DNA of 64,000 nt from Seison nebaliae (lineage: Eukaryota): assembly GCA_023231475.1 (NCBI GenBank), contig JALJEE010001690.1, positions 62,001 to 126,000 of the forward strand. Direction: 5' to 3'. Below, piece by piece: positions 13,597-26,990 of this stretch. Made by a program: the position numbers and the translations under genes. The notes beneath the pieces are model-generated. The model had not been told where the DNA came from and ran no database searches. It worked only from the letters and a program-made list of their open reading frames with translations. Every line of letters starts with the position of its first letter. The stretch's first letter is position 1.

Positions 13597-15699
13597 TTAT
13601 TTTCTTAATTTCAATTCTTCAATTTTTTTAAGAATCGATTCTTCCGTTGTTATTAGTATTCTTTCTTCATCATCAATCGGTAGACCTTTCGACTTCTTTT
13701 CTTTTGCTTCAGTAATCGATGTTAATTTCTTTTGAAAATAAATATATTTGAAATAAAAATTTATAATAAAAACTTTTTCCAATTTCTTCATTCGTTGACG
13801 ATAAACATTCTTGTCTAATTTCTTTAATTCTCCTCCTGAATTTTCAATGAAAATGATTCCCATCTAAATGACAAATAAAAGAAAAAAATTTTAACCTTGA
13901 ATTGGTGTTATTTGTTGTTGTCTCCTTTGAGATGGTGGAACATAAACAGATGACTCTGTTGTATTAGTTACTCGAACGCTTTTAATATCTCCAGATTGCA
14001 TGTCTTTATTATTGGTAATGGACATTGTAGTTTTCGTATTCGCATCAAACGGTAATAATGTTGGTGATTCTCGTTTAGGTGGAAACAGTTCCATCACATT
14101 AAAAAGTGCCTTAAATTCTAAATGTATCTTCTGATTTCCATAATAATCGATAATCGAATATTGATTGTTGACATTCAATCGTGGAGAATGTGTAGCGATC
14201 AATAAATGAGCGGAATCGTTCATCCATTTCACCATTGTAATATCAGCTAATGCCAACGTGGACAATTCGGTTATGCTTTTCGACACATTTCCACTCTGAT
14301 ACATTTTCTTCTGAACATCTTGTCGTCTATAAAGATTGAATATTTTTGCATTTGTTCTCATCGCTCCAAATCCTCCAACCAACACCAAATTCCCATGAGG
14401 CGAATATTTTGCCAAATTCACATTGCCATCCATCAGTTTATGTAATAATTGATTACTGGAACTGAAGATACCAGCTTGTGCTGGTACCCTTCCATAAACG
14501 GCGACATATTCATCACATATTGGTGACCATTCGAAAGAATAAACCGAACCAGGAACTGGTAATTGAACGAGAGTTGCATTCCCATCAATATTCATCGAAT
14601 ACAATTTTTGTTCTCCTGAATAACTGGTCATCGATGCTTCCGTATGAATAGAAATCAACGCCGTTTTTCCTGAAGCACTCCATTTCGTCGTTGCATTATC
14701 ACCTTTGAATAATTCCATATAATTTAATTTCGTCAATTCTTGAACAGATTCTCCTTCCTTGTTAATTCCCAGATTATAAATGAAGATTCCTGTCAATTTA
14801 CCAATCTTATTTTTCTGAACGAATGAAATAAAATATCGATCTAATTCTGAAGAATAATTTATCGATAAATAATCTCCATAACAAGCAGGAATTTGTACCG
14901 CCATCTCTGCAAAATTTATCAATATAAAACATTTTTTCAAAAATATTTTAAAAAAAACTTTGATTATAATAAATCGTTAATTTATCGGTACCGAATTGAG
15001 CCTTCAACATTCCATCTGATGAAAATAACGGTTTCCTGATGGAGAAAGAAGTTTATAAAAAAAATTTTATAGGAAGATAATCAAACCACTCAAAATGAGG
15101 TTTAGCAACTGATCGTTTAAATTCATTATCTTCATAAGTGACGATAAATGATTGGAGTTTCTTCTCATTTGTATTGTTCGTTTTTTTTACTTTTTCAATT
15201 TCATCCTCAGACTTCAATTTTTGTCTCATTTTTTTAATCACATTCCTTTCATCCTCATCACTCAATGTATGAACTAATTGTCGATTACTTTCGTCAATTG
15301 CGAAACCTCTCAATCGTTGCCCGGTCCATGAGAATGAAGAAATATCGATTTCTTTCGGATCATCATCAATTGATACAATTTGTCTGATGAAAATAAGAGT
15401 ATAATAAAAAAAAAAGTTTTTTGAAGAACTCGTTTTGAGCTGATATAGCTACTAAAATTGATCCGCCTTGTTGGATATCCAGAGATTTTGAAGGACCAAC
15501 TTCAAAAATGCATTCATCCTTTCTGTTAAAAATTCATTAATTATCTAAAAAACGTAAGTAAAAATCGAAACACTTCTTTCTCACCAGTTAAGGATGAGTA
15601 TGAAAGTTTTTTCACGGATAACTTCGATTCATCATCCACAAGAAGATATATCGAATCTTTGTCCTTCGTTAATATTTCACTTTTGGTTTTCAACAACAT
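13597..15699 (-). CDS. EIF2A: Eukaryotic translation initiation factor 2A (beta-propeller), 7 exons
   Basis: Motifs SYSGEQKLY, GSVYSFEWSP..AVYG.VPA, YSPHGNLVLVGGFG, ATHSPRLNVNN and YVPPSQR, plus a C-terminal coiled coil. Six GTT..AG introns restore the frame from the ATG at 15699. Confidence 0.9.
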
Positions 15700-16429
15700 T
15701 TCTATACTTCTCTTTAACAATCAATTGACGAAAATATTAATTCATCATTCTAATCATTTACTTAATGAAATCCTGCTTTAGTTGTATTTTCTATTATTGA
15801 GAGAAAAGAAAATTCATAAAATTATTAAACGATAAATTACAAAATTGAAGGATAATATTCTGATTTGGAAGAATTTTTTCTGTAAAGATTTCACGTGAAT
15901 GGTAAGCCACAATTACAAATCTAGATTATATCTAGAGCTACAGATCTACCACTAGATAATATTATTTGTATGAATTACGATAAATAGATGTTCAAAAAAG
16001 TTAATCTAATTAGATTAACAGTCTGACACAGTCTGATGTGAGATCACATGAGAATCTCATGATGAGATCAAATACCATTTTATCGACAAATTCAGAATAA
16101 GCGAATAATCAATTCTCATCATTATGGTTTAAACTCTCAATTTATTTAATTGTACGCTGACTTCACGAATTTGGAAACCAAGATTGTTTTTTAAGAAATA
16201 ACAGAAAGAAGGACACCTACTTCGTAGTACTAAGTTCGTACGTGTAGTCATGTAAGAAGTAAAGACAGAGAAGCATGACAGCTCATGTGTAAAAAAGGAA
16301 TGCAACGAACAATTCACACGTAGTTCAGGTAATATAAAAGAAGAAGAAACTATTACCGGGACCACTTCATTTTCTATTATTCAACTATATTTTCTGTTTC
16401 GATATAAATAAATATTATTTATATAAACG

Positions 16430-16640
16430 GACCTTTACAGATATCATAAATTTATACAGGAATAACCTTGAGGATTTATTGGAAGATGTAGATCCATATA
16501 ATATCATTAATTAGAACGAAACATATTTTAAATTTGATGCAGATAAGAAAAAATCAGTGGATGTGAGAACCAATAAGTATCCGGAATCTATCAGATGTGC
16601 GTCAAATAGTCTTGTGGGCGTGATATGCAAAATCAGTTCT
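16430..16640 (+). pseudogene. Decayed pogo/Tigger-like (DDE_1) transposase fragment
   Basis: The frame reads LYRNNLEDLLEDVDPYNIIN*NETYFKFDADKKKSVDVRTNKYPESIR, resembling the pogo-family NIxNxDET..DPxKKK..RGxKYPE segment. It has an in-frame TAG and D>N at the first catalytic Asp. Confidence 0.6.
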
Positions 16641-17018
16641 TTTAAGTTGCATTCATTTTATAAACATTTCGTTTTATAGTCGAAATTTATGGAATATTAG
16701 AAACTATTAGATCCTTCAATTGGAGAACATTAGTGAGGTTTGGAATACATTTTTTATAATTATTTGCAATTCCTAGAGTTGATTGAACTTTGCTAATAGT
16801 GGTCGGAAAGTTTAATTAGTTTAAGCTCAATTTGTATATTGTATAACGTATTGTCGATTACAAATCAAGATTAATATAATCAATAAATTATTTTTTTTAA
16901 TTTTAATTAATAAATCTCCCGGAGTAATGAAAAAATCAAGACGGGGTCACGGCCTCGAGAAATAAATGAAAGTAAATTATTCGGTATGAGTTCAGAAATA
17001 TTGAAGGCGTTCATCATT

Positions 17019-17345
17019 TCAATCATAATTACAGAAGAATTTAGTAAGAGAGTTGAACTGTTCGCATTGTTGAAAGGATGGAAATGCGAAGATCGAATTA
17101 CTGACGTTGGCTCTAAGAGCGCAATACCTCGAAAGTAACAACAGTGAAAAATGTGGTAACCCTAAGATAGTGAACATAAACGTCACCTTGAGGGGACCCG
17201 TACGTCCTAGTAGAATTCGTATATAATAATTATATATACTCTCCAGTGATAACCTGCACTTTAAGGTAAGGACGAGACAACACTGACTACCATAGAAATC
17301 AGTAGAAAATATTTTGAATAACTTATTTCTTAACTTAATTTCCAT
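17019..17345 (-). mobile_element. Second 5'-truncated LINE ORF2 C-terminal relic
   Basis: Aligns by eye with 4276-4755: KLF..F..DFYG.Q..L...YN..IR.L.G..FMF.I..L..F..LL..RY..L..S.F..PSF. Confidence 0.7.
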
Positions 17346-17507
17346 TTGTCATTCATTGAAGAATACAAAGGTCTTAGAAATTTCGAACGAATTTTTTCAA
17401 TAAAACTGGACGTCTTCTTACGATTATCCCTTTGACAACCGGGAAAAATAATTTTCTCGCAACTTATTAGAAAGTATAAACTTATAATAAGATGAGATAA
17501 TGTGGTT

Positions 17508-19035
17508 TTATTGATAAAAGTATTTATAGAAAAAGGCCCAACTATCTCGATATTCCCTGAATGGTTGAGATAATCGCAAGACTATAGGTATAAACGGCCA
17601 TAATGGACTATGAGAATAATACTGATATAATCTTTCTAGTGGCCGACGAGGAATGTCCATCAGTTTGTCTTTACGAAGAAAGAATGCTCCCATTTCTCTA
17701 CAAATTTCCCTTAACCCACGACCTAACTTCATATCGGATATCATCTCTAGAATAATTAAGAGTACTTTACAAAAATCATTTGCCTGTTGATGATTCATGA
17801 GTGAATTTTGGTGCACCATATATCTCTTTTTATCTTCAATTCTGATATCCTTCGACAGATAATAGTTGTACTGCATCAGCATCACCATTCCATAATCTTT
17901 TAATACTTTCCAAATAGGTGCACCAATATCAATTAATCTCGGATCACCATTTTCAGTTACAATTAAGTTATGACTATGCAAATCTCCGTGGTATAAAGTA
18001 AATGTATAGTTGGTGAAACTCTATAAAGAATCGTCAAACTCTATTAAAATGCAGTTAATAACTGGTGTTCGAGGAAAGATCGCATAATGATTGTACGAGA
18101 AATGTAAGGCTTGTAGTTGTCGTAATAATAATATAAGAAAACTAATTTTATTCTTGTTCTGTTTAGTCAAAAGACTAGTACCACCAATTATGACTCCTCT
18201 TATATATTCTGTCATCATACAAGATGTACCTACAACTTCATACATATCTAGTTTCAAATCATATATGACTGACGAAAAAAGGCAAAAACGTCTAACATCC
18301 ATCATTCCTCATTCTAGTTTTACTTTTATCGACACCTCTTAATACGCCAAGTAACTGGAAACTGGGAATTAACCGGTTGAGAGCATATTGCGCGTTGACC
18401 TGCATGATGAAATCTCCATGATAATCATATGCTAATGAAAATGACTAGAAATCAAATGATCATTAGATAATCGAAACTTTTCATAACTGCTTCGGGAGGT
18501 CTACCTTCACGATTAACGATTTTATAAACTGTACCTTGAACTCCTTTTCCTAATACAATCTAATAGAATCATATATAAGTTAAATTTTTTAAAATATGTT
18601 TTGAAAAATGTAACAGCCTTGTGATAATTATGATAACGTACACGATTAGATTCTTCTGTAGTACAAAATGCATGCTTTTTAATGTTGTGAGCTTCATAAA
18701 CTGCGTGAATAGCATGAGGGTCTAAATATTTATCTGTCATCTCTATCATTCTTAACTTACAATTAGGAAAGTTCGGAATTTTCGATATGAGTTCAATCTC
18801 AGGTTTTTTCGTATCGATTACTCTTCTTCTGTTTCTCTCATGAGAACTGCTCTGACGCATTCCTGTCTCGAAATAATATTGTAGAACATCTGGAATAAAA
18901 GTTATCTAATTTCAGATATTTCAGAATATGGTAATGAAAATAATAAGCAAAATAAACTTTTTCTATACATCCACAATAATTAAGTATAGAGCTGATAGTT
19001 ATCAGATATATACATGAGAAGTAAAAATAATACAT
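17508..19035 (-). CDS. Divergent protein kinase-like protein with N-terminal signal peptide/anchor, 6 exons, ~415 aa
   Basis: The spliced product contains Gly-loop LGKGVQGTVYK, AVMK lysine, hinge MMTEYIRG, catalytic loop YHGDLHSHN and LIDIG, after a hydrophobic N-terminus MYYFYFSCIYLITISSILNYCGC. All five GTT..AG introns keep the frame. Confidence 0.8.
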
Positions 19036-19825
19036 GAATTTCTTGAAAAAAAAAATTTAAACAAATTGGAAGACAGAAAAACTAAAAAGTTTCGACTCTT
19101 TTTGTCTTATATACATATAATGCACATTACATAATCTGACCATATCAGTTTGACTATTAAATGTAATATCAAGTACTTCATCCTTAAAATGTAATCATAT
19201 AAAAACGTGTAACAATTAAAAGTTATAATTTCCAGAAAATTTTTCTTAAAAATAAATCCGACTAATTGCACACACCAACTTAACTTCTCGACAGAACTTT
19301 CAAATAATGGGAACGATGTATAGTAGTTGGTTAACTAAAATAACAAAATATGGCAGAAGAAACCAGACAGAAAAATATGTTTTCTCGGATGAAAGAATTA
19401 AAAAAGCAAATAAGAAGGAATGGACAAAACGTTCATTTTCGTAATAGACGATATGTCGGTTCGTCTAACGATTAAAAAACAAATTAAAGAATTGTCTGTC
19501 TCGTTCCTTATTCTTTTTTGGTTTAGGATTCAATTAAAAAATTTTATCGAAAAGAGAATTCAAGAAAATCGTAAAAATTTTATCTTATGTTCCGAAAGAT
19601 AGGTCGAAATTCCGAGATTCTTGTCTAAAAAGATAGTGAAGAGATATTATTATTTTTCATTTGTGTATTATGAAAATTAAAATGAAGCCAATAGATGAAT
19701 GAATAAACAAATTAAACGAAAGTAAATAAATAACTTAACCTTAAAAATAATGTTTGTTAAATTGTTTATAAGAATCTTTATAATTCTTCCTTTCTTTCGA
19801 ACAGATAAGATTGAATGGGAACTTT

Positions 19826-21547
19826 ATGAAGAAATTAATAACATTTTCAACAATTTTTCTCTTTTTATTAAGTCAGAACTTATTAGGAAGAAATATCCCT
19901 TCTCAAATAAACAAAATCGATATTCAATGTGATTTATGCGAATCAGTTATTGGTAGTTGTAAATTGTTACTTGAAGAATTTAAGCATGAGGAAAAACTAC
20001 TAGAAAAGTTGATCGCTGGTTTAGTTGAGACAACATGTAAAGCGTTTCAAGTGGAAACTGATGAAATATGTCATGCTATAGTGAAATTGTTCTCTTTTGA
20101 ATTTTTTCACTCTATTCAAGATTCGAAGAATCTGAGCACGAAAGCTATTTGTTCTGGAATATTAGGATGTAACAATGGTGGAGAAAATTTGAAAGAGATG
20201 GAATGGAACATAAATATTCCGCCCATTAATAGAACGATGAAAAAAGTATATGAAGACAAATTTAAAGAGTTTGACGATGAAATTAAAAAGGGAGTGAATA
20301 ATATGAATTCTTCATTTTATATTCTCCAATTAACCGATTTACATATCGATGAATTATACGTGGATGGAAGTTGTGCGGATTGTAACGAACCTTTATGTTG
20401 TCATCTCAATTCAACAGGAAAATGTAGATTGAATGGAGGATATTATGGATCGTTAAATAATTGTGATGTTCCTTTGAGAACTTATGAAGGAATTCTTCAA
20501 CACATCCAACTTAATCATCAAGAAATAAATTCCGTTTATTTAACTGGAGATATTCCAAGTCATCATGTCTGGAATCAGTTTGAAGAAAAAGAACGAAAGT
20601 TATTGAGATTAGTGAGTGAATTATTGAAGAAATATTTGCCAAACAAAACAGTCTATTCAACCATCGGAAATCATGAATCTGTTCCTGTTAATAGTTTCCC
20701 AACCGATTCCATCAAAGAAACTGATATGAAATGGATGTATAGTGAACTAGCAAATGATTGGACATCATTAGGTGTCTCAAATGAAAGTTATTCATCAATT
20801 CTACATTTCGCTTCTTACTCAACACAATTTTTGAATACTTCTCATAAAATCATTTCAATTAATATGAATAATTGTAATCAACTTAATTTTTGGTTGTACG
20901 CTCATTTGGCTGATCCGATGAATGAATTGAAATGGTTAGTTGATGAATTGATCAAATCGGAATCTCTGTTACAACGTGTGCATATTATCGGACATATTTA
21001 TCCTGGTGGTGATTCTTGTTTACGTCAATGGAGTGCAAATTATGCGAGAGTGATTGAACGATTTCAACATGTCATAACAGCTCAATTTTTTGCTCATTCT
21101 CATACTGATTGGTTCGAAGTTTTTTTGAATGAAATTGGTGCTTATAATATTGCATATGTCGCTCCATCTATCACAACATATTCTTTTTTAAATCCTGGAT
21201 ATCGAATATATCAAGTTGATATGAATTCATTTCATGTTGTCAATCACTTCAATTATGTAATGAATTTAACAGAATCAAATGAAATTAAAAAAATTAAAAT
21301 TAATTTCGAATATGATGCAAAATCGGCATACAATCTAACTAATCTCCTTCCATCATCATGGCATTTGTTGGCGAAGGAAATGTTAAACAATTCGATTCTC
21401 TTCAATAAATTTTATTCATTCAAAAGTAAATTAAGTCCAGTTTATCCTTCTTGTCAAACGAAGGAATGTATCGAACAAGAAGTTTGTGCACTTCTTTCAG
21501 CACAATCATATAACAAAACATTCTGTCCATTTCTTTCACACAATTGA
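19826..21547 (+). CDS. SMPD1: Acid sphingomyelinase (signal peptide, saposin B domain, metallophosphoesterase); intronless
   Basis: Saposin cysteines (CDLC..C..C..C..C) and motifs LTDLHID, TGDIPSH, GNHESVPVNSF, HIIGHIYPG, FAHSHTD and NPGYRIY. First ATG at 19826. Confidence 0.95.
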   Translation: MKKLITFSTIFLFLLSQNLLGRNIPSQINKIDIQCDLCESVIGSCKLLLEEFKHEEKLLEKLIAGLVETTCKAFQVETDEICHAIVKLFSFEFFHSIQDSKNLSTKAICSGILGCNNGGENLKEMEWNINIPPINRTMKKVYEDKFKEFDDEIKKGVNNMNSSFYILQLTDLHIDELYVDGSCADCNEPLCCHLNSTGKCRLNGGYYGSLNNCDVPLRTYEGILQHIQLNHQEINSVYLTGDIPSHHVWNQFEEKERKLLRLVSELLKKYLPNKTVYSTIGNHESVPVNSFPTDSIKETDMKWMYSELANDWTSLGVSNESYSSILHFASYSTQFLNTSHKIISINMNNCNQLNFWLYAHLADPMNELKWLVDELIKSESLLQRVHIIGHIYPGGDSCLRQWSANYARVIERFQHVITAQFFAHSHTDWFEVFLNEIGAYNIAYVAPSITTYSFLNPGYRIYQVDMNSFHVVNHFNYVMNLTESNEIKKIKINFEYDAKSAYNLTNLLPSSWHLLAKEMLNNSILFNKFYSFKSKLSPVYPSCQTKECIEQEVCALLSAQSYNKTFCPFLSHN

Positions 21548-21789
21548 CAAACACTATTATTTAACTTTCCATTCTTTCATATATATTTTAATTTATTTAT
21601 AACATTAATTCATAAACATTTCTAATTATTAAACTATAATAATAATAATAAGAAAAAAATCAAATTTTTCATTGAGCTTTTTTATTGAGTAGAAAATAAT
21701 TAAATTTTCTTTCATACAAAAAACTAATTGATAAAATTTGAATAATTTGAAATAAAACATGAGAATTAAATAAAACAACGTGCATCATT

Positions 21790-24028
21790 ATGAAAATGAA
21801 AAAGAAAGTTGATCATTTAAAAAAAGTTTGGATTTTTTTTCTTCGTATTATTTTCATTGTATCTTTTAGTATAAAACGGGAGATGCCACCAAATATATTA
21901 CGAGAACGAGAGCGATCAAGAAACTTCAGATAACATTGAAAGATTTCAGGTTAATTTGAATTGATCAGTGAAAGATATGAATATTTCATTGAAGGAGGAT
22001 ATGTATCTTGAAAGGAATTTATCCGGTGGAGCCGAAACATCCGAAAAAAGTGAACAAAGGCAAAGGATCAATCCGTCGTACATATTATTTGAGTAAAGAT
22101 ATAAGTTTCCTTGGAAGAGATTCGGTATTGAAACATTTCGCCGAATATAAAATTTATCTTCGACGGTTGAAGAAAGCACGTGGTCGTCGTGATCGAGAGA
22201 AGGAGGCAATCGTCCGAATAAATAAACCATCATATGAATTGACACATATCATTCGAGAAAGATATCCACATTTGAATGATGCCTTACAAGATTTGGGAGA
22301 TTGTTTGACATTGATGTTCTTATTCTCGACATTCGGTCAAAGTCAATCATTGAAATATGATAAAATTCAATTTTGCCGTCGATTGACAATGGAATTCGCT
22401 CATTATTGTATTCATATGCAATCATTGAAGAAATGTTTTATTTCAATCAAAGGATTTTATTATCAAGTGGAAATTAATGGAATTACTGTCAATTGGATTA
22501 TGCCACATCGTTTCCGTCATTTAGCCGGTTCTGATGTTGATATAACTATCATGGAAGTCTTCCTTGAATTATATATCTCTTTATTGGCATTTGTTAATAT
22601 GAAATTATATGCCGATGCTAATTTAGTTTATCCTCCAAAAGTTTTTTCCTCTTTTTCTTTAATATCATAATGACAAATTGATATTAGTTTGTAGAAATAA
22701 TTGATCAAGATCAAAAATTATTTTCGATTAATGAAATGAATAATGAATTGGTTCAAATGCTTTCATTGACTCCTTTAAGGAATGAGGTAGTGGTGAAGGA
22801 CGTCGAAACAGAACAAGAAGAAAAAGAGTTAATTGAAGAACGAAATGATTTATTAATATCATCAGGATTATCTGAAGAGGAGATTGAGAAGATGGAAAAG
22901 AATCGAAAAGATAAAGAAACTTTGTCAACATTGTTCGCTGGTTTAACATTCTATTTAAATCGAGAAGTGCCTATCGAACAATTCGTCATTCCTTTAAGGT
23001 TCGTTTCTTTTCTGATAATTTATCATAATTTTTCAACTATATGATGAAAGTTTGATATAAAATATAAATTGTTTGAATGATTTAAAATAATGAACTATTT
23101 AGATTTCTTGAATAATTTTCTGAATTATTCAACAATCGGTTGGGAATTATTTTTTATCATTTGAAAAATTTAAATGATGGAATGATTATGAGATCTGATC
23201 GTTTAAACAACAATTATTCATTTATTTATTTTTGAAAGAATTATTTTTTAATATTTCATTTTATTTTTTATTAAAAAAAGATGTTGCGGTGCCAAAGTAG
23301 CTTGGGAAGCTGCTGATATGGATCTGGGAAAAGTGTCGAGATATTCATCGAAGAAATGTATAGAATTATGTGGATCATTAAATCATGAAGATTTATGGTT
23401 GAAATCGATGGACAATAGAATTACACATCATGTTCTGGAACGAGCAATTCCGAAAGATTTACCCGTATCTCGTTCATATGTTGCACCTCAATGGATATTC
23501 GATTGTATCAATCAAAGGAAATTATTGCCATGTGAAGATTATCAACCAGGTAAAATGTTGCCTCCACATGTCTCACCATTCGTCGAATTGGATGATAATG
23601 AGACTACTGTATATAATCCAAATGATCCTCAATTAACAGAAGAAGATATGGAACGGGCAAATATTCATGATAGTGATGAAGAGAGTGATATGGAAATCGA
23701 CGATTCTGAAGATGATAATAATGATGAAGAGGAAGAAGATGAAGATGTCAATGCTCTCCCACCCAAACAATTCAATTCGTTGCCAATTCAAGAGAAAGTG
23801 AAAGTTATTCAAATTACGAAAGGTAAATCCATTCCCAAACAACTAAAAGAAGACACAGCTCGTGCTGAAGAGAAATCGATTCTGCGTTTGAAGGAAAAGG
23901 GAGTAAAGAACAAATATCGGAAGATTTATCACAAAATGAAGGAGGAGGAGATGAATCAAAATAAGAGGATGACTCGATTGAAAACAAAACGGGCAAAATT
24001 GGAGAATCAGAAACAAAAATCTAAATAA
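21790..24028 (+). CDS. PES1: Pescadillo (ribosome biogenesis, BRCT domain), 5 exons
   Basis: Spliced N-terminus [47 protein letters not shown], then IIRERYP, FISIKGFYYQ, FYLNREVP and YVAPQWIFDCIN..LPPHVSPF. Confidence 0.95.
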
Positions 24029-24363
24029 TTTCCCTCTTTCTAAAACTTCTTCATTTGCAATTAAGAATAAAATACTTTTAATTTTCGGAAATTTCTCCAT
24101 ATTCTTTCCCCCCCTTCAAAAGAAATTTAATGAACTTTGGACTTATTATAACAAGTATCTGTAAAGATTAATAGGAGATGATATTTGTTGTGTACAATAA
24201 AAAAAATGAAAGTCTTTAACTAAATAAACAATTTCTTCTAACGATTTGCATACCATCACCATACTCCAAAATTCATATACTCAACAGCAATCTTATTATT
24301 TTCAACGTGTTTTCTTTCTCACAACAAATTTATTTCAATTTATTTTTTATATTTTTGAAAATT

Positions 24364-26990
24364 ATGAAAAAGTTTCATCTGAAAATTTTTATCATAATTT
24401 TCTTCCTAATCGATTGTGATCTCGTTTTGGGAGTTGAAGAACGAACAAAGTGTGAAAATGATGTTTTTTTTTCATTCTATTTAAATAAGTAATCGAAAAC
24501 TAATGAAAGGTTGAGGATCAAGGTAATCGTATTGATACGAGTAAACGATTGAAAGATTTGAGAGGTTTAATGGAAGAGAATGAATTGGATGCATATATCG
24601 TGCCAATGATGGATGAGCATGCATCAGAATATGTTGGAGAATCGGATAAGATTATTCAATTTATTTCAGGTAATTTTCAAAAAAACATTAAAATAATTAA
24701 AATATTAATAATAACTTCGTAGGATTTTCCGGGTCGAATGCCCTTGCTATTATAACAAAAAATGAATCACGTTTATGGACAGATGGTCGTTATTATTTAC
24801 AAGCAGATGATGAAATGGATTGTAATTGGAGTTTAATGAAATATGGTTCACTTTAACCTCATCTGTTAAATTAAAGAAAATTTGAATAAATTTTAGAAAA
24901 AGATGTTTTGAATGAAACTGAATGGTTGGTGTCCATATTCGATCAAAATGGAAAAGTTGGAATACCATCACGATTGATAACCATTAGTTAATTGCTCTCT
25001 CTAATTGATTATATTATATCTTTTGTTATAGGCGAATATAATCGATATTTGCACAGTGGAATAAATCATTATAATTTGACATTAATTGACGAAGATTTGG
25101 TAGGAAAGTGTTGGAGTAGAAGACCGAAACGTCAAAATAGAAATTTGGAATATTTGCAATTAAAATATACTGGTTTATTTCAATACTATCATATGATATA
25201 TATTATTCAATTAAATATTATGTTAATATTTGATTGACAATTAATTTAGGGAAACGATGGAAAGATAAATGTAATGATCTTCTGAAAGAATTAGAGAAAA
25301 TGAATGTTGAATCACTCCTAATAACAGAATTAGATGATATCGCTTGTTTAGTTCAATTTGGAAATTGTGTTTAGAGGATAATGTTTAATTAAAGGGCTAT
25401 TGAATTTGAGAGGATCAGATATCGAGTACAATCCATTCTTCTACTCATTTTTTGTTCTTTCTAATGTAACGAAACAAATCTTCATTTCAAATGATCGATG
25501 GGATTCAATTTCTCATCATTATGAAGGTGTAAATCAAACGAATTATAACGATTTCTTTTCAACGTTTGCTCAGTTCATTCCAAAAACTGTACTCGTTGCA
25601 CCAACTGTTAACTACGAAGCATATCACCAATTGACAATGGAGAATAAAGTTAATTTTCATGAATAATTTTATTTTTATGGAATAAAATTTATTTGGACAG
25701 ATAATAACAGTTAAACGATCACCGATAAAATTGATGAAATCAATAAAAAACAAAGTGGAAAGAAGAGGAATGAGAAATGCAAATGTTATTGTCAATTCTC
25801 GATAAAACATTTTATAATGATTCTCATACCAGATTCGTGACAGTGTTGCTCGTATAAAACACTCGGCTTGGCTTGAAACCGCCATACAGGAAGATAAAAG
25901 AATTTCTGAAATAAAATCAGCGGAAATGTTGTTGGAATTTTATAAGTTTTTTTTTTATTTAGTTGATTCAATTGATGTAATTCTGTTAATGAAGACAGCA
26001 GAAATATTTTAAACAATTGAGTTTCGAAACTATTTCTGCCTATGGTAGTAATGGGGCAATAATTCATTATACTCCATCTAGTGATACTGATAAGTTGATA
26101 AAGAAAGATAGTTTATATTTGTTAGACGCCGGCTCTCAATATCTTGATGGAACAACTGATACGACGAGAACAATGCATTTTGGAACACCAACTGAAAAGG
26201 AAAAGGTTTCGGAAATTTTCATTGGACATTCTAAATATCTTCAATTCAGACGGCATATACAATTGTGTTGAAAGGTGCAATTGATTTAGCCAGTGTGATA
26301 TTCCCGAAAGGTATTAATGGTTATCAATTGGACACATTAGCGAGAAGACCATTTTGGTTAGAAGGCTTAAATTATCGACATGGTACCGGTCATGGAATTG
26401 GATCATATTTGGGCGTACATGAAGGACCTCAATCCATTACTAGTGCTTATAAGAAAGATATTGCTGCATTGGCGGATGGAATGTTCCAATCAGATGAACC
26501 TGGTGTATATTACGCGAACGAATTTGGAATCCGGTTAGAAACGGTGATTGAATGTGTCTCGAAGAAAATGGTTTAATACTTATAATATTACTTCTATATT
26601 ATGTACAAATATCTTCAAATATCTTTCAAAAAACAGGAGTACAACATGTTTAATTCAAAATTTTTGGGTTTTGATGCTGTTGCGTTAGTTCCTTTTGAAC
26701 CGAAACTAATCGACTATCGAATGTTAACAACTAAGCAAGTTATTTAAAAAAATCGTAAATAAAATTTAAATAATAATGTTTCTTATATTTTAAAGTTAAA
26801 TTGGCTAAATGGTTATCATATGAAGATACGTCGAGTGTTATCTTCATTGTTAGAAGATGACAAACGAGCTACTGAATGGATGTTAACCAGAACGGAATAT
26901 GTGCGATCACCATCCAATGGATCTAACTGTATTGCTGTCGATAAGTATTTTCTTTTTATCTCTTTCATTTTATTTATTTTATATATTTAA
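24364..26990 (+). CDS. Xaa-Pro aminopeptidase (aminopeptidase P, M24B), signal peptide plus C-terminal hydrophobic tail (XPNPEP2-like, probably GPI-anchored), 13 exons
   Basis: Motifs DEHASEY, SGFSGS, LWTDGRYYLQA, WLLNLRGSDI, LSFETIS, DAGSQYLDGTTDTTRT, HGTGHGIGSYLGVHEGP and SDEPGVY..FGIRLE. Twelve short introns restore the frame. Confidence 0.92.
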
